25,863 bases of DNA from Acidobacteriota bacterium (GTDB taxonomy: Bacteria; Acidobacteriota; Polarisedimenticolia; CBDVAL01). The notes beneath the pieces are model-generated. The model was not told the origin of the DNA. It did not search any database and saw only the letters and a program-made list of their open reading frames with translations. This document shows positions 16,096-23,784 of this stretch, in pieces (within the stretch, counting starts at the first letter, position 1; every line of letters starts with the position of its first letter). The DNA lies in assembly GCA_050115015.1 (NCBI GenBank), contig JASFRI010000011.1, forward strand, positions 1 through 25,863, in the 5' to 3' direction. The position numbers and the translations under genes were made by a program.

Positions 16096-18699
16096 ATGCG
16101 CCCATCGCCCCGCCGACTCGTCCCGCTGCTCCCGTTCCTCCTCTCCACCCTGGCCGCCTCCCCCCCGCCGTCCCCCTCCGAGTTCCTGGACCTCCCCCTG
16201 GGCGCCGACCGAATGCTGGCGGATTACGAGCAGATCGGTTCCTACCTGCAGGCACTCGCGGAGGCGTCGGATCGCGTGCAGATGGAGTCGATCGGCGAGT
16301 CCACCCTGGGGCGGCCCATCTGGATGCTCACGGTGTCCTCCCCGGACAACCTGGCCGACGCCCCCCGGCAGCGCGAGATCGCGGCACGGCTGGCGGATCC
16401 CCGCGGTCTGTCGCCGCAGGAGGAGGCGGCGCTGGTGGCCGAGGGCAAGGCCGTCGTGCTGGTGACCTGCAACATCCACTCCACCGAGATCGCCTCGAGC
16501 CAGATGGCCCTGGAGCTGGCCTGGGAGCTGGCCACCACCGACGATCCCCGCAAGCTCCGGGCGCTCGAAGACGTCGTCCTGCTCCTGCTCCCCTCGATCA
16601 ACCCCGACGGCCAGCAGATGGTGGTGGACTGGTACCGGCAGTGGCTCGGCACGGAATACGAGGGCGGCAGGATGCCGTGGCTCTACCACCATCACGCCGG
16701 CCACGACAACAACCGGGACTGGTTCATGCTGAACCTACCGGAGACCCGCGCCGTCAACCGCGTGCTCTACCGCCAGTGGTATCCGCAGGTTTACCTCGAC
16801 GAGCACCAGATGGGTTCCACCGGGCCGAGGATCTTCGTGCCGCCGTTCCAGGACCCGGTGGCGGGGAACATCCATCCCCTGATCTGGCGGCTGTCGGACC
16901 TGTTCGGGACCGAGATGGCGGTCCGCCTGCAGGAGGCCGACCGGTCCGGGGTCATCGACGGCTATGCCTATGACGGCTACTGGCCCGGAGGCACGATGAA
17001 CACGGCGTGGTGGAAGAACGTCGTCGGCCTGCTGACGGAGGTCGCCAGCGTCCGCGTCGCCACGCCCATCGATGTCGATCCGAACGAGCTGCGCGGGAAC
17101 CGCAAGGGGCTCCCCGAGTACCGATCCCAGATCAACTTCCCGGATCCGTGGCCGGGAGGCCGCTGGACGCTGCGCGACATCATGGACTACGAGCGCATCG
17201 CCACGCTGGCGCTGCTGGAGACCGCCTCCGTGCACCGCGAGGACCTCCTCCGGGACATGGCCCGCATGGCCCGGGAGGCGGTCTGGGAGGGCAGGACGGA
17301 GGCGCCCTTCGCGTACGCGATCCCGCCGGAGCAGCACGACCCGGGCGAGGCCGCCCGGCTGGCCGCCCTGCTCCTGGAGCACGGCGTCGAGGTGCACCGC
17401 GCCCCGGAGGAATTCCGCAGTGGCGCACGGTCCTTCCCGGCGGGGACCCTCGTGGTCCGCATGGACCAGCCGTACCGCGCCTTCGCCAAGGAGATGCTGG
17501 AGGTCCAGCGGTTCCCGGAGGTGCGCGCCGCCGAGGACGGGGAGATCCTCCCTCCCTACGACGTGACCGCCTGGACGCTGCCGCTGCTGCTGGGGGTCGA
17601 GGGGACCTGGCTCGACGAGCCGCTGGACGTCCCCCTCGAGCGGATCCGGGAGGCGCCGGGGCCCGCGGGGGAGGTCGTCGGGGAGGGATCCGACTTCCTG
17701 CTGTCCCGGAGCACGAACGCCGCGGCCACGGCGGTGAACCTGCTGCTCGAGGCGAAGGCGACGGTGCGGACGGCGACCACCGCGACCGTGGCCGCGGACC
17801 GGACCTGGCCGCCGGGCACCTACCTGGTGTCCGGCGTCCGCGCCCCGAAGCTCGCCGAGATCGCCGGGGCGGCGGGGGTGCGCTTCCAGGCCGTCCCGTC
17901 GGCCCCGGAGGGGGACTGGCGGCGGGTCTCCCGGCCGCGTCTCGGACTGTACCAGCCCTGGCGGGCCTCCATGGACGAGGGCTGGACCCGGCTGGTCCTC
18001 GAGCGGCACGGCTACGCCTACGAGACCCTGCACAACGAGGACGTGCGGAAGGGGGACCTGCACAAGCGGCTGGACGTGATCCTGCTCCCGGACGTCTCGA
18101 AGGACATCCTCGTCGACGGCGAGCGGAAGCCGCGGGAGGGGCCTGCCCCGTACCGGGTGGAGCTCCCGCCCGACTACCGGGGCGGGATCGGGAAGGAGGG
18201 CGTGGACGCGCTCCGCGCCTTCGTCGAGGAGGGGGGCACCCTCGTCACCCTCGACTCCTCGGGGGAGCTCCCCATCGACACGATGAACCTGCCGGTGCGG
18301 GACGTCCTCGATCGCCTGCCGCGATCCGAGTTCCTGTGCCCCGGCTCCCTCCTCCGGGTCCAGGTCGACCCGGACCAGCCCGTGGGCTACGGCATGCCCG
18401 AAACGGCCGCCGCGTACTTCGCCTCCAGCCCCGCGTACGCCACCACGATCCCCGGCGCCGAGGCCGACCGGCGGGTCGTGGCGCGCTACCCCGACGGACC
18501 GCTGCTGCTGAGCGGCTTCCTGCGCGGCGAGGAGCACCTGCAACGCCGCGCCGCGGTGGTGGAGGTGCAGAAGGGAAAGGGCCGCGTCGTGCTGCTGGGG
18601 TTCCGGGTGCAGAACCGGGCCTGGACGGCGGGGACGTTCCGGCTGCTGTTCAACGCCATCGAGCGCGGCGCCTGGGAGCCGGCGGAGGAGGGCCGATGA
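16096..18699 (+). CDS. M14-family zinc carboxypeptidase-like protein, secreted, with long C-terminal extension (867 aa), paralog 1
   Basis: Signal peptide. N-terminal M14 fold with zinc-ligand motifs NIHSTE (HxxE) and LDEHQMG (second His), substrate-binding HDNNRDWFMLN. Start ATG 16096 preceded by GGAGGG. Confidence 0.8.
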   Translation: MRPSPRRLVPLLPFLLSTLAASPPPSPSEFLDLPLGADRMLADYEQIGSYLQALAEASDRVQMESIGESTLGRPIWMLTVSSPDNLADAPRQREIAARLADPRGLSPQEEAALVAEGKAVVLVTCNIHSTEIASSQMALELAWELATTDDPRKLRALEDVVLLLLPSINPDGQQMVVDWYRQWLGTEYEGGRMPWLYHHHAGHDNNRDWFMLNLPETRAVNRVLYRQWYPQVYLDEHQMGSTGPRIFVPPFQDPVAGNIHPLIWRLSDLFGTEMAVRLQEADRSGVIDGYAYDGYWPGGTMNTAWWKNVVGLLTEVASVRVATPIDVDPNELRGNRKGLPEYRSQINFPDPWPGGRWTLRDIMDYERIATLALLETASVHREDLLRDMARMAREAVWEGRTEAPFAYAIPPEQHDPGEAARLAALLLEHGVEVHRAPEEFRSGARSFPAGTLVVRMDQPYRAFAKEMLEVQRFPEVRAAEDGEILPPYDVTAWTLPLLLGVEGTWLDEPLDVPLERIREAPGPAGEVVGEGSDFLLSRSTNAAATAVNLLLEAKATVRTATTATVAADRTWPPGTYLVSGVRAPKLAEIAGAAGVRFQAVPSAPEGDWRRVSRPRLGLYQPWRASMDEGWTRLVLERHGYAYETLHNEDVRKGDLHKRLDVILLPDVSKDILVDGERKPREGPAPYRVELPPDYRGGIGKEGVDALRAFVEEGGTLVTLDSSGELPIDTMNLPVRDVLDRLPRSEFLCPGSLLRVQVDPDQPVGYGMPETAAAYFASSPAYATTIPGAEADRRVVARYPDGPLLLSGFLRGEEHLQRRAAVVEVQKGKGRVVLLGFRVQNRAWTAGTFRLLFNAIERGAWEPAEEGR

Positions 18700-21269
18700 G
18701 ATCGATGGCGTGCCTGCTGCTGTTCCTGCTGGCCGGTGCGGCGGACGCCGCGACGGTCCCGTCGCCGGAGGAGTTCCTCGGCTTCCCGGTGGGGGCGGAC
18801 CGCCGGCTCGCGGACTACGGGCAGATCGTGGCGTACCTCGACCTGCTGGACGCGGCCACGGACCGCCTGACGCTGCTGCGCCTCGGCGAGACCACCCTCG
18901 GGGAAGAGTTCACGGTGGCCGCCATCTCCTCCGGTCCGAACCTGCGGGACGCGGCGCGCTACCGGAAGATCGCCCGCCGCCTGGCGGATCCGCGCGGTCT
19001 CGACGCCGCGGAGGAAGCCCGCCTGGTGGCGGAGGGGAAGGTCATCGTCCTGATCACCCTGAACATCCACTCGACGGAGATCGGCGCCAGCCAGATGGTC
19101 CTGGAGCTCGCCCACCAGCTCGCCCTGGCTCCGTCGGAAAAAGAGGCTCGCTGGATGGAGGACGTGATCCTCCTCGTGGTCCCCTCCCTGAACCCGGACG
19201 GGCAGCGGATGGTGACGGCCTGGTACCGGGAGCACGTGGGGACGGCGTACGAGGGCGGCCCCATGCCCCGCCTCTACCACCACTACGCGGGCCACGACAA
19301 CAACCGGGACTGGTTCATGCTCAATCTCCCGGAGACGAAGCTCCTCAACCGCCTCCTCTACCACGACTGGCACCCGCAACTGTTCGTGGACGAGCACCAG
19401 ATGGGGATGACCGGGGCGCGTCTGTTCCTGCCGCCCTTCAAGGACCCCATCGGCGAGAACGTCCACCCGCTGATCTGGCGGCTCGTCGACCGGGTGGGGA
19501 CGGCGATGGCCCTCCGGGAGCAGGAGGCGGGGAACTCCGGCGTCATCCAGGCGGCGCAGTTCGACGGCTACTGGCTTGGCGGGACCCGGAACACCGGCTG
19601 GTACAAGAACGTCGTCGGCCTGCTGACGGAGGCGGCCTCGGTCCGCATCGCCTCGCCGGTCCACGTGGACCCAGGGGAGCTGCACGGGGGGATCAAGGGG
19701 CTGGCGGACTACGGCGCCCAGGCGAACTTCCCGGACCCGTGGCCCGGGGGCTGGTGGAGGCTCCGGGACATCATCGACTACGAGCTGGTGCTGACCCGAT
19801 CGCTGCTGGAAACCGCCTCCCGTTACCGGGAGGACCTCCTGCGGGCCCAGGTGCGCATGGCGCGGGACGCGGTGGCCGCCGGCCGGTCGGCGCCGCCGGC
19901 GGGCTGGGCGATCCCCGCCGGCGGACGGGACCCGGTCGCGGCGGCGGCGATGATCGATCTGCTGCTGGAACACGGCGTCGAGGTGCGGCGGAGCGACGCG
20001 GCTTTCCGCGACGGCAGCCGGCTCCATCCCGCCGGCACCTGGATCGTCCCGGCGGACCAGCCCTACCGGCAGTTCGCCCTGGAGGTCCTGGAGCCCCAGG
20101 AGTACCCGGAGATCCGCTCGGAGCCCGATGGACCGATCCTGCTCCCCTACGACGTGAACACCTGGTCCTTCCCGTCCCTGTTCGGGGTGGAGACGGTGCG
20201 GCTGACGAAGGTCCCCGGGGGGGATCTGCCGCGCCTCGCGGAGGCACCCTGGCCGCCGGGGGTGCTGCAGGGGGACGGGTCGCTCGCGCTGCTGTCCCCC
20301 GTGGGGAACGCAGCCTCGGCCGCGGTCAACGATCTGCTGGCGGGCGGCGCGCAGGTACGCCTGGCCGCCGCGCCCCTGCAGGCGGCGGAGCGCGCATGGC
20401 CCGCGGGAACCGTCCTCGCGTCGGCCCCGGAGGGGCTGCTGCGGGAGGTGGCCGCCGCCCGGCACGTGACCTTCGTCCGCACGGACCTGCAGTCCCCCGA
20501 GGACGTCCTGTCCCTCCGGCAGCCGCGCCTCGGTCTCTACCGCGGCTTTCTCCCCTCCATGGACGAGGGGTGGACGCGGCTGGTCCTGGAGCGCTGGGGC
20601 TTCCCCTACGTGTCCATCGACAACGCCCGCATGGCGGCGGGCGACCTGGGCGCGGACTTCGACGTGATCCTCCTCCCGGACCAGTCGAAGGCGGCGATCG
20701 TCGAGGGGCGCTCCGCCCGGCCCGGCTACCGCCTGGAGTATCCCCCGGAGCAGCAGGGGGGCATCGGCGCGGACGGCGTGAAGGCCCTGGCCGCGTTCGT
20801 CTCGTCGGGGGGAACGCTGATCACCCTGGACGGATCGTCGGAATTGCCGATCGGCGAGATGAACCTGCCCGTGGCCCGTCCGCTGGCCGGGGTCGGCAGG
20901 GACCGCTTCTACTGCCCCGGATCGATGCTCCGTGTGGCCATCGACACCTCCCACCCCCTCGGCTTCGGGATGCCCGCCGAGGCGGCGGTGATGTTCGCGC
21001 GGAGCCAGCCCTTCGAGACGCGCATCCCCGGGGGCGAGGCGACGCGGGTGGTGGTCGCGCGCTTCCCGGAGGGGCCGTTGCTGGTCAGCGGCTGGATCCG
21101 GGGGGAGGAGCTGCTCCGCCGGCGGGCCGCCCTCGTGGAGGTCCGCAAGGGGAAGGGACGGGTGATCCTCTTCGGGTTCCGTCCCCAGTTCCGGGCCCAG
21201 GCGCGGGCCACGTTCAAGCTGCTGTTCAACGCCATCCACCTGGGAGGCGTCGTCCCGCCGGGCTCCTGA
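18696..21269 (+). CDS. M14-family zinc carboxypeptidase-like protein, paralog 2 (857 aa), translationally coupled to paralog 1
   Basis: Start ATG 18696 overlaps the upstream TGA (ATGA overlap). GGAGGAGGG SD inside the end of paralog 1. Co-linear with paralog 1 along the whole length (about 55-65% identity by eye, e.g. NIHSTEIGASQMVLELA, YHHYAGHDNNRDWFMLNLPET, VDEHQMG). The track shows it only as the back half of a fused 1420-aa ORF. Confidence 0.8.
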   Translation: MRSMACLLLFLLAGAADAATVPSPEEFLGFPVGADRRLADYGQIVAYLDLLDAATDRLTLLRLGETTLGEEFTVAAISSGPNLRDAARYRKIARRLADPRGLDAAEEARLVAEGKVIVLITLNIHSTEIGASQMVLELAHQLALAPSEKEARWMEDVILLVVPSLNPDGQRMVTAWYREHVGTAYEGGPMPRLYHHYAGHDNNRDWFMLNLPETKLLNRLLYHDWHPQLFVDEHQMGMTGARLFLPPFKDPIGENVHPLIWRLVDRVGTAMALREQEAGNSGVIQAAQFDGYWLGGTRNTGWYKNVVGLLTEAASVRIASPVHVDPGELHGGIKGLADYGAQANFPDPWPGGWWRLRDIIDYELVLTRSLLETASRYREDLLRAQVRMARDAVAAGRSAPPAGWAIPAGGRDPVAAAAMIDLLLEHGVEVRRSDAAFRDGSRLHPAGTWIVPADQPYRQFALEVLEPQEYPEIRSEPDGPILLPYDVNTWSFPSLFGVETVRLTKVPGGDLPRLAEAPWPPGVLQGDGSLALLSPVGNAASAAVNDLLAGGAQVRLAAAPLQAAERAWPAGTVLASAPEGLLREVAAARHVTFVRTDLQSPEDVLSLRQPRLGLYRGFLPSMDEGWTRLVLERWGFPYVSIDNARMAAGDLGADFDVILLPDQSKAAIVEGRSARPGYRLEYPPEQQGGIGADGVKALAAFVSSGGTLITLDGSSELPIGEMNLPVARPLAGVGRDRFYCPGSMLRVAIDTSHPLGFGMPAEAAVMFARSQPFETRIPGGEATRVVVARFPEGPLLVSGWIRGEELLRRRAALVEVRKGKGRVILFGFRPQFRAQARATFKLLFNAIHLGGVVPPGS

Positions 21270-21284
21270 GGTCCCTGGCCCCGG

Positions 21285-21734
21285 CTAGTGGATGCGGCTC
21301 TGCGCGAAGAGGTTCCAGAACTTCTTGTTCTGCTCGGGGGTGAGGATCGTCTTGAAATCGATCCAGTACTGGACCTCCACGTCGACGATCTGCTGGTGGA
21401 CGGAGTGGAAGTTCTTGAGCTTCGCGGCGACGTTGCCCTTGTCCGGCTCCGTGGACTCCATCAGCGAGACGACGTCGTCGTAGGCGGTCTGGTACTTCCC
21501 GCGCAGGGTCTGCGCCTGGGAACGGTACCGGTCGCTGACCTCCTTCATCTGCTGCTTCTGCTCGTCGTTCAGCTCCACGGTGGCGGCGATCTTCTGCTGC
21601 TCCTCGGGGCTGGGCGGGGCGAACACCGAAACGACGTTGCGCATCAGCCCCTTCTGATCCTGCGCCGTCGCCGCGACCGGGAGCAGCAACGCGAGGACCA
21701 CGAGTGGTGCGGCCGGCAGGAACGCTCTTCTCAT
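21285..21734 (-). CDS. Spy/CpxP-family periplasmic chaperone (LTxxQ-motif protein)
   Basis: 149 aa. Signal peptide. Two LTxxQ-type motifs, LNDEQKQQMKEV (compare CpxP LTEHQRQQMRDL) and LTPEQNKKFWNLF. Strong SD GAGGGAGGGAAAC. Possible TAGAAT -10 about 40 nt upstream. Confidence 0.65.
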   Translation of the reverse strand: MRRAFLPAAPLVVLALLLPVAATAQDQKGLMRNVVSVFAPPSPEEQQKIAATVELNDEQKQQMKEVSDRYRSQAQTLRGKYQTAYDDVVSLMESTEPDKGNVAAKLKNFHSVHQQIVDVEVQYWIDFKTILTPEQNKKFWNLFAQSRIH

Positions 21735-21825
21735 GTTTCCCTCCCTCGTTCGCGTCGAAACGGTCCCGACGCATTCTAGCAGGCAGCGGACGGGTCCACC
21801 ATGTCCGCTACCGACCCCACCACCA

Positions 21826-22401
21826 TCACTCCCGACCGTCGGCCTTGTACATCTTCCGCCACTTGCGGACCATCTTGCGGAGGACCGCGTCGATGCTACG
21901 CTTCAGCTTGTCGCGGTCGCTCTTGAGCTGTCCCTCGGCAGTGCCCCTCCAGACGATCTCGCCGGTGTGCGCGTCGACCAGGTCGAGGACGAAGGTGCCG
22001 CGCTTGTAGGTGCGCGCGTGGCCGACCATGGGGATCGCCCCGGGCCCGCCCCAGTACGGGTCCCACGCCCAGCCCGCGCCGTACATGTAGCCCATCTGGG
22101 TGGTGTCGACCCGCAGATCCGAGGTGGTCCGCGCGTGGTAGGTCACCCAGAGGTCCGGGTTCTCCTCGTCCTCGATCAGGTCCCCCTCGGTCAGGTAGTA
22201 CTCCACGCCCTTCACGATCCGGGCGTGGATGTCCGGATAGTCCTCGTCCAGCGATGTGTCGGGGGTGGCCTTCCAGGCATAGGTCCGGTAGGACTCGAAA
22301 TCGGCGTTCCGGTCGTAGTCGACCCGGACCTTGGCCGCGAGCGGGCTCGCCGGCAGCAGCGCCAGCAGGAGCAGCGGCAGGCCCGTCACGGGCTTCCTCA
22401 T
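21826..22401 (-). CDS. DUF4136-family lipoprotein (191 aa)
   Basis: Start ATG 22401 (M98 of track ORF) with GGGAGGAAC SD. Signal peptide MRKPVTGLPLLLLALLPASPLAA. Family call from memory of DUF4136 pattern (YxxYxW..., Y/W-rich glycine-rich middle). Confidence 0.5.
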   Translation of the reverse strand: MRKPVTGLPLLLLALLPASPLAAKVRVDYDRNADFESYRTYAWKATPDTSLDEDYPDIHARIVKGVEYYLTEGDLIEDEENPDLWVTYHARTTSDLRVDTTQMGYMYGAGWAWDPYWGGPGAIPMVGHARTYKRGTFVLDLVDAHTGEIVWRGTAEGQLKSDRDKLKRSIDAVLRKMVRKWRKMYKADGRE

Positions 22402-22531
22402 CCGTGTTCCTCCCCGGCGGGCATCGTCGCGCCGCCGTCCGCGGAGTATACCCGAGCGACGGACACCCTTTCCCGGGAGGGCGTCCGGCGGTATGCTGTC
22501 GGTCTTGTCTGCAATGCGAGGAGGTGACGCG

Positions 22532-23767
22532 GTGAGGATTCTCCGGTTCCTGGCGGGATGGCGACTCGGCGCGGCGAGCCTGGCCTTGGCCACGCTGGGA
22601 GGATGCGGCGGCGCGGCGGAAGGCCCCGGCCCGGCAGCCGACAACGCCGGGAAGGCGGCCCGTCTGGCGACGGAGACCCTGCTGATCGACACCCACGTCG
22701 ACGTCCCCTACCGCCTGCGGGCCGGCGGGGACGAGGACCTCTCGCAGCGCACCGAGGGAGGCCATTTCGACTATCCCCGCGCCCGGGCCGGGGGCCTGGA
22801 CGCGCCCTTCATGTCGATCTACATCCCGGCGGAGTACCAGGAGACCGGCGGAGCCCGGGAGCTCGCGGACGAGCTGATCGACATGGTGGAGGGCTTCGTC
22901 GAGCGCTGGCCCGACAGGTTCGCGCTGGCGACGTCCACCGCCGACGTCCGGGAGAACTTCGAGTCCGGGCGGATCTCCCTGCCCATGGGCATGGAGAACG
23001 GCGCGGCCATCGAGACCCTGGCGGACCTGGAGCACTTCCGGGACCGCGGGATCCGCTACATCACGCTCACCCACAGCGAGAACAACCGGATCTGCGACTC
23101 GTCGTACGCGACGGAGCGGGAATGGCACGGGCTGTCCCCCTTCGGCGAGGAGGTCGTCCGCGAGATGAACCGGCTCGGGATCATGGTGGACATCTCGCAC
23201 GTCTCGGACGAGACCTTCGAGCAGGTGCTGCAGATCACCGAGACCCCGGTGATCGCGTCGCACTCCTCCTGCCGTCACTTCACCCCCGGCTGGGAGCGAA
23301 ACATGAGCGACGAGATGATCCGCGCCCTGGCGGCCAACGGCGGGGTGATCCAGATCAACTTCGGCTCCGCCTTCCTCGACGAGGCGCAGAACCGGCAGTC
23401 CCAGAAGATGTACGAGGAGTTCGGGCGCTTCCTCGAGGAGCACGATCTGGCCCAGGACAGCCCGGAGGCCGCCGCGGAGATGGAGCGCCTCAAGACCGTC
23501 TACCCCCCCCTGCCGGTGCCCCTGGCACGGGTGGCGGATCACATCGACCACGTCGTCTCGCTGGTGGGGATCGACCACGTGGGCATCGGCTCCGACTTCG
23601 ACGGCGTCACCGCCCTACCGTTGGGCCTGGAGGACGTCTCCCGCTATCCGGCGCTCATCGAGGAGCTGCTGGACCGCGGCTACGACGACGAGGACATCCG
23701 GAAGATCCTCTCGGGGAACATCCTGCGGGTGTGGGGGGCCGTGGAGGCGTACGCCGCCGGCTCCTGA
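22532..23767 (+). CDS. Membrane dipeptidase, peptidase family M19 (renal dipeptidase-like), lipoprotein
   Basis: DTHVDVPYRL (HxD zinc site), ITLTHSENN, MVDISHVSD, ASHSSCR. Typical M19 motifs throughout. GTG 22532 preceded by AGGAGGT (6-nt spacer). Lipobox LATLGGC. Confidence 0.85.
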   Translation: MRILRFLAGWRLGAASLALATLGGCGGAAEGPGPAADNAGKAARLATETLLIDTHVDVPYRLRAGGDEDLSQRTEGGHFDYPRARAGGLDAPFMSIYIPAEYQETGGARELADELIDMVEGFVERWPDRFALATSTADVRENFESGRISLPMGMENGAAIETLADLEHFRDRGIRYITLTHSENNRICDSSYATEREWHGLSPFGEEVVREMNRLGIMVDISHVSDETFEQVLQITETPVIASHSSCRHFTPGWERNMSDEMIRALAANGGVIQINFGSAFLDEAQNRQSQKMYEEFGRFLEEHDLAQDSPEAAAEMERLKTVYPPLPVPLARVADHIDHVVSLVGIDHVGIGSDFDGVTALPLGLEDVSRYPALIEELLDRGYDDEDIRKILSGNILRVWGAVEAYAAGS

Positions 23768-23784
23768 AGACGGGCCCGGCCGCC

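Noticed and set aside
17007-21343. 1420-aa ORF 17007-21269(+), 877-aa ORF 18710-21343(+), 917-aa ORF 18486-21239(-)
   Set aside because: The first is an out-of-frame read through M14 paralog 1 that runs in-frame into paralog 2. The real paralog-2 start is ATG 18696, with SD and signal peptide. The other two are an off-frame and an antisense read of paralog 2, giving low-complexity translations.
21896-23578. 560-aa minus-strand ORF opposite the M19 dipeptidase
   Set aside because: Antisense artefact. The plus frame has the diagnostic M19 motifs.
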